A stretch of DNA of 64,000 bases from NCBI GenBank assembly GCA_047495785.1, contig JBLDXI010000004.1, positions 2,883,462-2,947,461 of the forward strand, given 5' to 3'. Under the pieces are notes generated by a model that was not told the origin of the DNA, did no database searches, and saw only the letters and a program-made list of their open reading frames with translations. The DNA comes from Lepidodermella squamata. Its lineage: Eukaryota; Animalia; Gastrotricha. Shown here one piece after another: positions 50,728-63,700 of the stretch (positions are counted from its first letter, which is position 1; every line of letters begins with the position of its first letter). The position numbers were made by a program, and so were the translations under genes.

Positions 50728-52888
50728 TGCTTTTTCAATCTAAAAAATAAAAACGATTAATGACAGGGTAGAGAAGTTCTTTTCTGAAATCACGCGTTTA
50801 GGGCCAGACTCGTGGCTCGTGCCATCTCTCGTTTCAAAACAACCGCACATAAACAAAAAACATTATTAATTAAATCTAACCCGGTACTGAACTTCCCCGA
50901 TAAAAGCACCCTGTTTAGAGGCATATGTAGGGCTGTTTGCAATCGAAATCGATTAGCGCCCCACTATGGCTGCCACTCAAGTCGTGCTGCGAGTCGTCCT
51001 GTTATTTTTTTGAAATTCCAACGGAAATTACGCCAGTTCATAGAGTTCAGTTGCTGATTAACTAATAGACCGATCTAAATTGCCCCGATTTGTCATTATT
51101 TAGCAGTTTTCCCGCCCAGAAAATCTCTTCAAATTCATCAGCATCATTAGCATGATCGAATCGGGATTGAAATCTTGATTTTTTTTCGGAAAACTGAAAC
51201 TTCGTGGAATTTCGTTTCGATTCGGTATTCGGTTATTTCTCTATTTTTAAAAGATAGAACTGCAGTGTGCGAAGTAGGATCCGCGAACTGAGGAGTTTTT
51301 TAACACTCAGCCCAAGGAACCAAAAGGGTTCCCCTGTGGTTATTTCAGCCTTACTCAGGTTGGAGTCCCGGAGCTGGGACTTCGCGACACCCCAGCACCC
51401 TTGGGCTTAGCACCCCCGCCCCACTGGTCACTGGTATAAACAGTAAGCCGAATAAGAAATAAGTATTTATGTTGATTTCTTGAATTTTCCACTTGAAAAT
51501 AATAACTTTCAAATTTATTTCCCAGCGTAATAACGAAGTATTTTAATACATTAATGGAATTTTAATACCTAGATTTATTCTCATAAAAAACCGATTTATT
51601 TCGTTTTAGTTCGAGTTATTGGAATTTTTAGCCGATTTACAATAGTCGATAGGCATAATGACTGATCTAACATGAATCTGTCTACCACTACTTCGCGATT
51701 TCGGAGTTACAAGAGTCTCACAGTATCGGCTCCCACGCGCAGGAGAATTGAGAACTCAGCGGTTCTGGGAGTTAAAGGAGCTCATTTCGATTCAGATTGG
51801 GCTTGGGACGCGACAAACTACCGTGATAGCAGCCCAATAGCCCCAATGGAATTCAAATGCTGATCGAGAAACCCGTTAGCAACATTGGCAGGCAGCGCAA
51901 AGAGCAAGGACGCGGCCATCGTTAAACTGCATAGTTCATATTACTCTAGGCGAAGCCGAAGCTCACATAAAAACATAATAACCATAGAGAACAGTTGTAC
52001 TTCTGTTCTCTATGCATAATAACATAATAAGAAACCGCTTATTCAAGGGGGATTTTTTTATTTTTACAGTGAGCACCGAAGGTGCGAAAACCTTGCCCCG
52101 TGATGCTCGCTGCGCTCGCGTTTCACGGCGGGGCAAGGTTTTCGCCCGAGCAAAGCGAGGGGACGCTGATTTCATCGAGCGAAGCGAGAAAAAGCACTTG
52201 AAACTCTTCGAGCGAAGCGAGATCACCTTTCTTGTTTCAGCATGAAATTCGTTCAAAAATGCCGTTTTCATCGTACAGTTTTAAGGTTGATTTTTTAAAG
52301 TCGAATTTTACACCAGAAAATCACCTATTATGTCGCATTTTTCCATTTAAATTGCAGTTTTATCGGGAACGGTGAACGCTTCGCCTTGAGTAATATGTCT
52401 AATAAGGCCCACGGTACGGCTAGTTGCTCGAAAAAATCGCATAATAAGACTCGGCTTCGCCTCGCCTTATTATGTGACTTTTTCCTCGAAACTAGCCTTC
52501 CCTAGGGCCTTATTTATACATAATAGGGCCCACCGGTGCTAGCAAAGACTGCTGAGTCCTTAGTGATATCGCCGATAACGCTGTTGATAGGGTTGCCTGG
52601 CATCTCGAAATGGGGTGCCAAGACCGAGGTCAAAAAATGACCGCTCAGGAGACGGTCTCCAATACCCAAATACTCCAATACTCCAATACCAAACGTCGTC
52701 ACGTAGCTGTGCAATTCTCTGTGTAATTCACTCCAATCCAGTCGCAGTCTCCCAAGATGATGGTAATTGGCTCGTTTCCGCGACGAGAACAGTACTAACC
52801 AGCTAAACAAGCTTTTTTCATTGCGTCAGCTATGCCAAAGCACTCCGAACAAACAGTGCAGCAGAACTTGTTTTCACGAACTTGTAAT

Positions 52889-52933
52889 TCAGTTGGGAGA
52901 GCGTTAGACTGAAGATCCCTGGTTCGACCCCGG
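52889..52933 (+). pseudogene. tRNA-Phe(GAA) remnant (mirror 55386-55430)
   Basis: tcagttgggagagcgttagactgaagat-ccctggttcgaccccgg matches eukaryotic tRNA-Phe but lacks the 3' anticodon stem/variable loop and the acceptor stem. Confidence 0.8.
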
Positions 52934-53322
52934 ATCGAAGTTTACAACCCCCGAATCTGGCGTCCTCCGGGAGACTCGAACACCCCGCACTGCAACTAAT
53001 TGGTATCCCCGTGTCACACTGCTAAGTGCCAAGCTTCAGAAATTGGTCGTTTGTCGAGAAATGCAAAGAATTACGTTGATGTCACATGAATCTGTGTATC
53101 TCCGCAAATAATCAGATTGGCATCAACTGAGTTTATATAATTTATCGAAAATCAAATATTGTTGTTTAAAACGCTTAATAAGGAACTGCGTGGTTTGGCA
53201 ATCCTGTCTCTTTTATTCCTCTGATATTTTGTTGTAGCAACTCATCACGTATCATCAGAATTATGTAAATAGGCGACATGTAGTTCAATACATAGCTAAC
53301 GGCAGCGCCAATGCCTAACCAC

Positions 53323-54069
53323 TCATTCAGCGTAGGTTTCGCATATCGCGTAAATCATCCAAGCGCCGCACGGAGAAAACTCCATCTTAGAAGCACCTGC
53401 GAGCAGGTTCCCGCATCGATCTGGATAGTACCCATATACCAATAGGTCTGGATTGTATGTGAATGCCGAACCGTCCGACCATTTGAGAACGCCGGATTCT
53501 GGACTGTGAAGGTCCAGCGCTGTGAGCCTGGGCTATTTCGGCAGCCGTTCTACCAGTTGCCAAGATGCTATCCAATTGCGAGAACCTTGCGAGCACTTTG
53601 CGGCTGCAGATGAATAATTAAAATAATTAAATTCATCTTAGAAAAATAGGTCAGCAGATACCCACATCGGTTTTCCCGGAGTGACATCACAAAAAGGTCT
53701 TGATTGAATGTGAAGTCCGAGCCGTCCGACCATTTCAGAATGCCGGATTCTGGACCAAGGCCCATCCATACAGCCTCGTATGGGGGTCCAGCGCTGGCAA
53801 CCTGTGCTATCTCGGCAGCCGTTTTACCAGTTGCCAAGATGCCACCCAGTTCCGAACACCTTGCGGCTGCAGTTGAATGATTCAAATAACCGCCGGGGTT
53901 GTCAACCATGAACACAATCCTTCGAGCGTTTTGGCATGGTTTTGGCACTGCCATTCGCCGCTGAATGTAACATTTGCGGGAAAGAGAATCTCAGTGTTGG
54001 CGTCACAGTTGAGCTCGATCGGCAAGTCACTGTCGGTAGTTCGGTAGTTCGCAGGCACCCATGGGTAGG
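53323..54069 (-). pseudogene. Pseudogene D (left copy): frameshifted paralog of gene B's last exon with two fused partial C-type lectin domains
   Basis: High similarity to 28200-28731; short duplications and deletions shift the frame; no upstream exons. Confidence 0.85.
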
Positions 54070-54249
54070 AACCTCAGAGTTGCATCAACTGAGTTGATTT
54101 GATAATGATTTTATTGCTCTCCTTCCCGGCGACTGACCATGGTTTGGTTTGCCTTCCTCAAAACTCTAAAGGGTACAGACGCTCAGTCGCAGGGAAGGAG
54201 AGCAATAAAATCATTATCAAATCAACTCAGTTGATGCAACTCTGAGGTT

Positions 54250-54996
54250 CCTACCCATGGGTGCCTGCGAACTACCGAACTACCGACAGTGACTTGCCGA
54301 TCGAGCTCAACTGTGACGCCAACACTGAGATTCTCTTTCCCGCAAATGTTACATTCAGCGGCGAATGGCAGTGCCAAAACCATGCCAAAACGCTCGAAGG
54401 ATTGTGTTCATGGTTGACAACCCCGGCGGTTATTTGAATCATTCAACTGCAGCCGCAAGGTGTTCGGAACTGGGTGGCATCTTGGCAACTGGTAAAACGG
54501 CTGCCGAGATAGCACAGGTTGCCAGCGCTGGACCCCCATACGAGGCTGTATGGATGGGCCTTGGTCCAGAATCCGGCATTCTGAAATGGTCGGACGGCTC
54601 GGACTTCACATTCAATCAAGACCTTTTTGTGATGTCACTCCGGGAAAACCGATGTGGGTATCTGCTGACCTATTTTTCTAAGATGAATTTAATTATTTTA
54701 ATTATTCATCTGCAGCCGCAAAGTGCTCGCAAGGTTCTCGCAATTGGATAGCATCTTGGCAACTGGTAGAACGGCTGCCGAAATAGCCCAGGCTCACAGC
54801 GCTGGACCTTCACAGTCCAGAATCCGGCGTTCTCAAATGGTCGGACGGTTCGGCATTCACATACAATCCAGACCTATTGGTATATGGGTACTATCCAGAT
54901 CGATGCGGGAACCTGCTCGCAGGTGCTTCTAAGATGGAGTTTTCTCCGTGCGGCGCTTGGATGATTTACGCGATATGCGAAACCTACGCTGAATGA
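54250..54996 (+). pseudogene. Pseudogene D (right, mirror copy)
   Basis: Reverse complement of 53323-54069. Confidence 0.85.
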
Positions 54997-57589
54997 GTGG
55001 TTAGGCATTGGCGCTGCCGTTAGCTATGTATTGAACTACATGTCGCCTATTTACATAATTCTGATGATACGTGATGAGTTGCTACAACAAAATATCAGAG
55101 GAATAAAAGAGACAGGATTGCCAAACCACGCAGTTCCTTATTAAGCGTTTTAAACAACAATATTTGATTTTCGATAAATTATATAAACTCAGTTGATGCC
55201 AATCTGATTATTTGCGGAGATACACAGATTCATGTGACATCAACGTAATTCTTTGCATTTCTCGACAAACGACCAATTTCTGAAGCTTGGCACTTAGCAG
55301 TGTGACACGGGGATACCAATTAGTTGCAGTGCGGGGTGTTCGAGTCTCCCGGAGGACGCCAGATTCGGGGGTTGTAAACTTCGATCCGGGGTCGAACCAG
55401 GGATCTTCAGTCTAACGCTCTCCCAACTGAATTACAAGTTCGTGAAAACAAGTTCTGCTGCACTGTTTGTTCGGAGTGCTTTGGCATAGCTGACGCAATG
55501 AAAAAAGCTTGTTTAGCTGGTTAGTACTGTTCTCGTCGCGGAAACGAGCCAATTACCATCATCTTGGGAGACTGCGACTGGATTGGAGTGAATTACACAG
55601 AGAATTGCACAGCTACGTGACGACGTTTGGTATTGGAGTATTGGAGTATTTGGGTATTGGAGACCGTCTCCTGAGCGGTCATTTTTTGACCTCGGTCTTG
55701 GCACCCCATTTCGAGATGCCAGGCAACCCTATCAACAGCGTTATCGGCGATATCACTAAGGACTCAGCAGTCTTTGCTAGCACCGGTGGGCCCTATTATG
55801 TATAAATAAGGCCCTAGGGAAGGCTAGTTTCGAGGAAAAAGTCACATAATAAGGCGAGGCGAAGCCGAGTCTTATTATGCGATTTTTTCGAGCAACTAGC
55901 CGTACCGTGGGCCTTATTAGACATATTACTCAAGGCGAAGCGTTCACCGTTCCCGATAAAACTGCAATTTAAATGGAAAAATGCGACATAATAGGTGATT
56001 TTCTGGTGTAAAATTCGACTTTAAAAAATCAACCTTAAAACTGTACGATGAAAACGGCATTTTTGAACGAATTTCATGCTGAAACAAGAAAGGTGATCTC
56101 GCTTCGCTCGAAGAGTTTCAAGTGCTTTTTCTCGCTTCGCTCGATGAAATCAGCGTCCCCTCGCTTTGCTCGGGCGAAAACCTTGCCCCGCCGTGAAACG
56201 CGAGCGCAGCGAGCATCACGGGGCAAGGTTTTCGCACCTTCGGTGCTCACTGTAAAAATAAAAAAATCCCCCTTGAATAAGCGGTTTCTTATTATGTTAT
56301 TATGCATAGAGAACAGAAGTACAACTGTTCTCTATGGTTATTATGTTTTTATGTGAGCTTCGGCTTCGCCTAGAGTAATATGAACTATGCAGTTTAACGA
56401 TGGCCGCGTCCTTGCTCTTTGCGCTGCCTGCCAATGTTGCTAACGGGTTTCTCGATCAGCATTTGAATTCCATTGGGGCTATTGGGCTGCTATCACGGTA
56501 GTTTGTCGCGCCCAAGCCCAATCTGAATCGAAATGAGCTCCTTTAACTCCCAGAACCGCTGAGTTCTCAATTCTCCTGCGCGTGGGAGCCGATACTGTGA
56601 GACTCTTGTAACTCCGAAATCGCGAAGTAGTGGTAGACAGATTCATGTTAGATCAGTCATTATGCCTATCGACTATTGTAAATCGGCTAAAAATTCCAAT
56701 AACTCGAACTAAAACGAAATAAATCGGTTTTTTATGAGAATAAATCTAGGTATTAAAATTCCATTAATGTATTAAAATACTTCGTTATTACGCTGGGAAA
56801 TAAATTTGAAAGTTATTATTTTCAAGTGGAAAATTCAAGAAATCAACATAAATACTTATTTCTTATTCGGCTTACTGTTTATACCAGTGACCAGTGGGGC
56901 GGGGTGCTAAGCCCAAGGGTGCTGGGGTGTCGCGAAGTCCCAGCTCCGGGACTCCAACCTGAGTAAGGCTGAAATAACCACAGGGGAACCCTTTTGGTTC
57001 CTTGGGCTGAGTGTTAAAAAACTCCTCAGTTCGCGGATCCTACTTCGCACACTGCAGTTCTATCTTTTAAAAATAGAGAAATAACCGAATACCGAATCGA
57101 AACGAAATTCCACGAAGTTTCAGTTTTCCGAAAAAAAATCAAGATTTCAATCCCGATTCGATCATGCTAATGATGCTGATGAATTTGAAGAGATTTTCTG
57201 GGCGGGAAAACTGCTAAATAATGACAAATCGGGGCAATTTAGATCGGTCTATTAGTTAATCAGCAACTGAACTCTATGAACTGGCGTAATTTCCGTTGGA
57301 ATTTCAAAAAAATAACAGGACGACTCGCAGCACGACTTGAGTGGCAGCCATAGTGGGGCGCTAATCGATTTCGATTGCAAACAGCCCTACATATGCCTCT
57401 AAACAGGGTGCTTTTATCGGGGAAGTTCAGTACCGGGTTAGATTTAATTAATAATGTTTTTTGTTTATGTGCGGTTGTTTTGAAACGAGAGATGGCACGA
57501 GCCACGAGTCTGGCCCTAAACGCGTGATTTCAGAAAAGAACTTCTCTACCCTGTCATTAATCGTTTTTATTTTTTAGATTGAAAAAGCA

Positions 57590-60500
57590 ATGAGAAGCTT
57601 TATTTCACTGATTCTCGTGATTTTGTTCACGTTTTTTGGCCAGGCATCAGGTCAAGTCTTCAAGCGATGCTTCCAAGTGACCAACAACGCTTTAATGTCG
57701 TGCCGCGATAACAACCCAACCTGTGATCCTATCAACGAGTACCAGGTATTTCTCTAGACTGTTATTCAATAAATCGATTACTGTAAATTGAGATTTTGCA
57801 TCGACATTTTTTTAATTGAAAATGGGAATTTTAATAAATTCAGGCATACGGGCGCCGTCGTTCACAAATTCAAAAAACTGAGCAATTTTCAACACAATGG
57901 TTGCCCCCTTGAAATTGCGATTTTGCAATAAATAACACAACCCAGTAGGTAATCGATGACGCTCTGCACACTGGTTACCGTTTTATCTCTCAATTAACCG
58001 TAACTGGCAATTAGCAAAAAATAAAAAAATTTGAATCGAAGTGTTTTTCAACTCATTTCTAGGGTTAAAAAAATCGCCGATTCCGAAAATCACATTTTCA
58101 ACTAAAAATTCGGCAATTTGAATTTTATGTCATTTAGGCCCAGTTTTCGACCAGTTAGACTTGAAATAAAAATCTGGAAAATTCACCAAAATGTGCGGCT
58201 CAAAAAGTTACTATGTAGACCTGTTTTCAGCGTTCTAGAATGATTTTAAAGGGTGGTGACCATTGTCTCAAATGACAAAAATGTTGTAAAAATAATTTGT
58301 GAACGACGGCGCCCGTATGGGCTCTCTTTTTACAGTTTACAGTCCACATTAGTAACACATTAGCATTAACATGTCAAGCCCGATAAAGCTGATAATAGCC
58401 GTCTGCCATGCCTGCGATTGGCATGTACAAACGGTGTTCCGATTTTTGCCCACTGGACCACGCTCAGTGGCAGACACATAAAAATATTCCTTATTAAAAC
58501 CGTTGAGAAAAGGGGTAGGGGTATAGTGTATAGTTAATCGTTCTATCAGTAACACAGTTAACAGTTAACAGTTCCATCCGTATAGTTGGCGCGATAGTGT
58601 CTTCTCGGACATGGCTGTGAAGGCGCGCTAACATTTTAGGTTGCTGCTTATAGTTGACCTGCGATTCGCATTGCCGAGGTCGACCCCGTTTGCCCCTTTT
58701 GAATTTGGTCTTATGGGTTTCATAGATTTCGCAGCTTCTTGTGGTTGTCGGCATTACAGCTCAGCTGTTGGTTGGTTGAATTTATCATATATTCTCCGGT
58801 CAATAATTTCACTTAATTTCTTGAAATTTAATTATTATATTTCCATCGGAGCTCGCGGAACCATCACGCGAGGCGCCTCTGATCTTTTTCTTAAACTAGG
58901 TTTGCCTAAATCTTTACTTTATGATATTGCTCTGTCGGTAATTGAGGACAGCAAAGCCATTGTCCAGCGGCACCTATACAGCTAGATTTACCTACTCGTT
59001 GTTTTTTTTCCTAATTCTGCTATTGTTGTAAACCAGTCATTCTTGAAAGTGGGGTCGCGACCCTTTGCGGACAATTTTAAATAGGTCGCGGAAGGTTTTT
59101 GGAGTCGTGAGCAGTGCTTTTGATTTGATTTGATTTGATTTGATTTGATTTAGACCCTATTTTCCCTGATTCAGATTTAAAATGATTGATTTACGCGGGG
59201 AAGCATTTTGATTTGATTGATTTTGATTTAGCCATGGTGATGCAATCGAAAAACGTAATACCGCGAAACCAAGATCTCTCCTCCTTTTTGATGTAATTTT
59301 GCTATGGAAAGGGACAGTTACTTCAAATTCGCGTTGTTTTAATCATTTCTTGAAACTTCCAAGCCCCCAGCTTCTTGAAAATCCCGATGTTTCGCGATTT
59401 ATTGTGATTTATGGTTGTCGATGATTTGATTTGATTGATTTAGTCCTGGAAAAGTGGGACAATGATTGATTTTGATTGATTGAAGGAGGTCCGTGATTTA
59501 AGCCGTAAATCAAATCAAATCAAATCCAAAGCTCTGGTCGTGAGGTCGCGAGGGTCGCGGCGAGAATAACTCGATTCGTTTCAAAATTCACCGTTAAAGC
59601 CCACTTTTAAAGCAATTTTAGTCCATTTTCAGACAAAATTATGGAAAAATACCGGCAGCTTAAGCTCGCAAAGGCTAATTAATGCATGGGTTTGAAGGCC
59701 ATGCCAAAATATTGCATAAATTTTAATGATTACTTTTCGCGCAAAATTTGACTTTTTGAGAGTGATGGGTCATGGGTCGCGACATTAGTTGAATAGGCCA
59801 TTAGGGGTCGCGAAAATATTTAGTCAAGAACCACTGTTGTAAACAAAAACTAGATACTCTTTCTGTGTCTTCGGGCAACAGGGGCCTATGTGCTACCTGC
59901 AGACCATTGTTTTTATAAAATAAAATGATCATTGTTGTTTCTTTAGTGGGGACCCTTGTTCGCAGATCTAAAAACTTGCCGATCAGGGGTATGAGATATT
60001 TGAATTGCCGGCCTCTTGTTGCTATTGATTATCGACATCAGAACGCTAAAATGTGCTACAAATACGGCGCTCTAACAGCGCGGTGCAATCCTGGCCTTGG
60101 CAACTGTAAATTGGTTGGCGAACCAGCTGCTGACAGGGAAATCGAGGTAAATTCACGGCTTCCCGTTCGATTGTATTCTAATGATCATTTTTGTGAATTC
60201 CAGCTTTCTTGGTACAGAAATAACACGCTAAAAGACAGCTTGGCTGCTTGTAATAACGCGAGATCTAAATTCGGGGTGAATTCATTTACGCCAATTATTC
60301 CTGCGTTGTATGTAAAGGGAGGATTTTCAGAATCAAGCTTTCAAACGATGCACGGACAACGGAGTGGCGAAAACTTGTGTCCCAGTCGGCTACACCTGCC
60401 CGGAGAGCTGGGTTAGAAAAAATAATACCGTCATATGAGTACATAGTTTTTAAATATTTTTGTTTGTTTGCTGTAGCTCGCAGGTGGCAGCACTTATACT

Positions 60501-60753
60501 AATCTTGGCCTCTGTATCTCTGGAACTACACGTGTGTTATTTATGTTAAAAGTTGGTAAATGGAATTTTTTGCATATTTTGAATTGTAACAGTTCAAGTT
60601 CCAGACAGCGAGAAACCGCATGTTAGGTGCTTCAGCTCGTCTAACGGAAGCTTCATCGACTGCCGCCTCGAGACAACTGGCTGCCAGGCTGGGGCTGAAA
60701 CTCGACAATTTTCGACTGCGACTTTCAGCAACAGAGAAAACTGCTTGAAAGGG
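57590..60753 (+). CDS. Gene C mirror copy, exons 1-7 (any remaining exons would lie beyond the window)
   Basis: Exons 57590-57745, 59947-59988, 60042-60146, 60204-60275, 60331-60411, 60477-60531, 60593-60753. Confidence 0.8.
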
Positions 60754-63700
60754 GTAATGAGTAATGACCAGAGATCACGATTTCGAGATTTCGACTTAAA
60801 ATTCTACTAATTATTATTTGAAAAATTGATGTAACGCGCTACAAGAGTGCTCGAAAAGTGTCGTACCCGGGGATTGAACCCGGGCTGCCTTTCTGAGAAG
60901 GCACGGCTCTAACCTTTGAGCCATCATGGCCGACACACACTCCGTGTTCGCCTACGCCGTTTTAAGGGGACCGGAGGGAAGATTAGAGGTGGACTCGCTC
61001 CCTATAATTTATTATGATTAATTTCGCAAAATTTCAAAGAATTTTGACTAAACTTGGCTAAACAGCGGGCTAAAATCTACTTTTCTTTTCCTGCGTGGCC
61101 GAGCTGGGAGAGATTTCTTTCAGAAAATAATATAAAAAATACTTATCTACAGTGCTCCCTCGTTAGTGGCACCCTCCTTAAAAGAACTCCCTCGTTTGTA
61201 GACCGTAATTTTGGACCCTGCTAAATAAATTGGTTGTACATTTTTAATTAAACAAAAAATAATTATTTGATAAATTAAAAACATTAAGCGTGAAAAATTA
61301 AAAAAATTAGGCGTTCCTAGAAACCGAGCGGCGCGCTGTCGTGGTTTTATGAGATCCAGTTATTTCAAGTTTAGTTCAAACGAGTTGAAACAAGGGAAGG
61401 AGGCGAAACTGGATTAATGAACAATGGTTTTTAATCCGTGTCCAAGCACACAGAAGCGAGAAAAAGACATCGAAAAGTGTGTTTTACGAAAGTGCAAAAA
61501 ATTGAAATTGAAAAAATCGCCCTGCATCTTTCCATGCAAAAGTATCGTAGGGGATAACTCATCACATAGGCCTCCGATTTTCGAATTGAAAATATATTCT
61601 TACTCGTCTCAACGAGTAGACCACGATAGGCTATTTATTTTTGAAACTTACCCTAAAACTTTTTTTCGTCAAATTGTCAAAGTTTCCGTTATTTTTTTTA
61701 ATATTTTTGGCTATGGAAACCATTCGTTTTTCATTTCATGTTATGGCTAAATATAAAAAGATCGAATGTTTGGACCTCTCGCGACAGAAATCGGGTTAAT
61801 TTCGAGTTATTAGCATGTGTTAGTTTTATTTATAGTTGGCCATCCGCCGGGCGGCGCTATAGGCTTGAGTTATTTGAATGAAAAACATTGGCTCGTCAAA
61901 AGAAGAAAAATTTAATATTAAATTATAATTTTGACGAATTTTGATTTAAATTTGATGTAAAGAGCCTAAATTTGTTGGTTCTTGAGTTTCCCAATATGTA
62001 ATGCGAAATAAGCTGCGAAATAAGTAACGCCGAGTGAAACGGCGTGTTTTGCAAATTACAATGAATCATGCAAAAAAAGATAAACAACTCTGCTTTGTAG
62101 GCAAAATTACCATAAAATTTTAAATTTCGCGCCAAAAAAACATGTGTCAAGGTCGAATTTTCAAAAAATAGCCTATCGTTATGAGAAACACGTGTTTAGG
62201 TAAACTGGAAATTATCAAGTCGTGGAAAGTCGTATTTCAATAGTTATCCCCTAATAATCGATCAAAAAAATCGATGAAATTTCGGCACACACTTTTGAGG
62301 TCTTTTTCAAAAAATTTCTGAACGCCAGATGGTGCAAAAATAATCCAGTTTCGCCTCCTTCCCTTGAGTTGAAAGATCATCAGTGCATTAAGCTGTTCTT
62401 GTGGCTTTGAAATGACTGATTATGCAACAGAGTGTGTGGATTAGCTGCCACTCAAGTCGTGCGAGTCGTCCTGCTTTTTTGGTTGAAACTCCATCAGAAA
62501 TTCATCAGGCAGTTCATAATTCATAAGATAACAATTAGTAACTCGTTTCAACATCTATAAAAATGCCTGTCTATCTTCAATCTTCTTGATTTGCAGATTT
62601 TTCTGAGATCAATTAAACATCCAGTGAATTGCCCTGATTTATCATGTTTTAGCAACTTTCCCGGCCAGTAAAGCTTTTTAAATTATCAACATGATCGAAT
62701 TAGGATTAGAAATCGTGACTTTTATCAGGAAAAATTGAAACTTCGTGGTATTTGTTAACGATTCGGTAGTTATTTCTCCATTTTTGGGAGAACCCCGCTG
62801 GAGCCGTGGGAAATGACTAGTAAAATTCAGGTTTTTCTGTTCGAAAATTAATGAATTTTCCACACTAAAGTGGTGAATTTTTTCCAGTTTTTTCAAAACT
62901 ATTTCCCAGCTGTGTTGCGTAATCAAGCGAAGAATCAAGTCCTTGTTTTCAGATTTAATTGAATGTAGATAAATAGATTTATTCTCATAATAAATCTATT
63001 TCATCGTTCGAGTTATCATTGGAATTACTGGCCGATTTTCGATAGTCTATAGGCCTGATCTACCATGAAACTGGCTGCCACTACTCTACGATTTCATTGC
63101 TCAACGCCCTGTCAATTTTCCGGGTTTTTTCACAACTGTTTATCATTCGATTTTGACTTTGAAAATCGCAACATCCCGAGGAGGGGCGGCGGGAGCTTCT
63201 GCCCGATTTTTGACCTTGCTCTGATCGTAATAGGTCAGTCGAATAAAAATCAGATCACGCCTGAGAAGATACAAATTTATTCCATTCAATCAAAACAACT
63301 ATCGAATCGTTCCCTCACGTCGGAACCACACGTCTTATGCCTTGAAATTGGCCCGTGATTGCTCAATGCCATTAATTCGATGAAATTTAAAAAGGAAAAG
63401 TCAGGTTAACCGAGAAAAAATTATCGAAAATACATTTTTCATCCTAATTGTTTCAAATTTCATATTACTCTTTAAATAATTCTACGAATTTTAGGCGAAC
63501 CATGAGTTCTGAATTGAACACTGACTTATCTTGAGAATGTTTGGCTGAATTTGCTGGTGATTAATTCAGAAGTATTCTGGTAAATCTTGACCAAGGTGAT
63601 TGATGTTTTAAGCTGTTATTTCAAATGAAATTTGTTTGCGAAATCGGACGAGCTGGGCATTTTTGAAGTAAATTGAAATAATGAGATTCCAGGTTTTTTT

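Noticed and set aside
53568-53954. 128-aa lectin ORF (and mirror) as a functional gene
   Set aside because: No signal peptide, CTLD truncated before its last cysteines, and frameshifts on both sides
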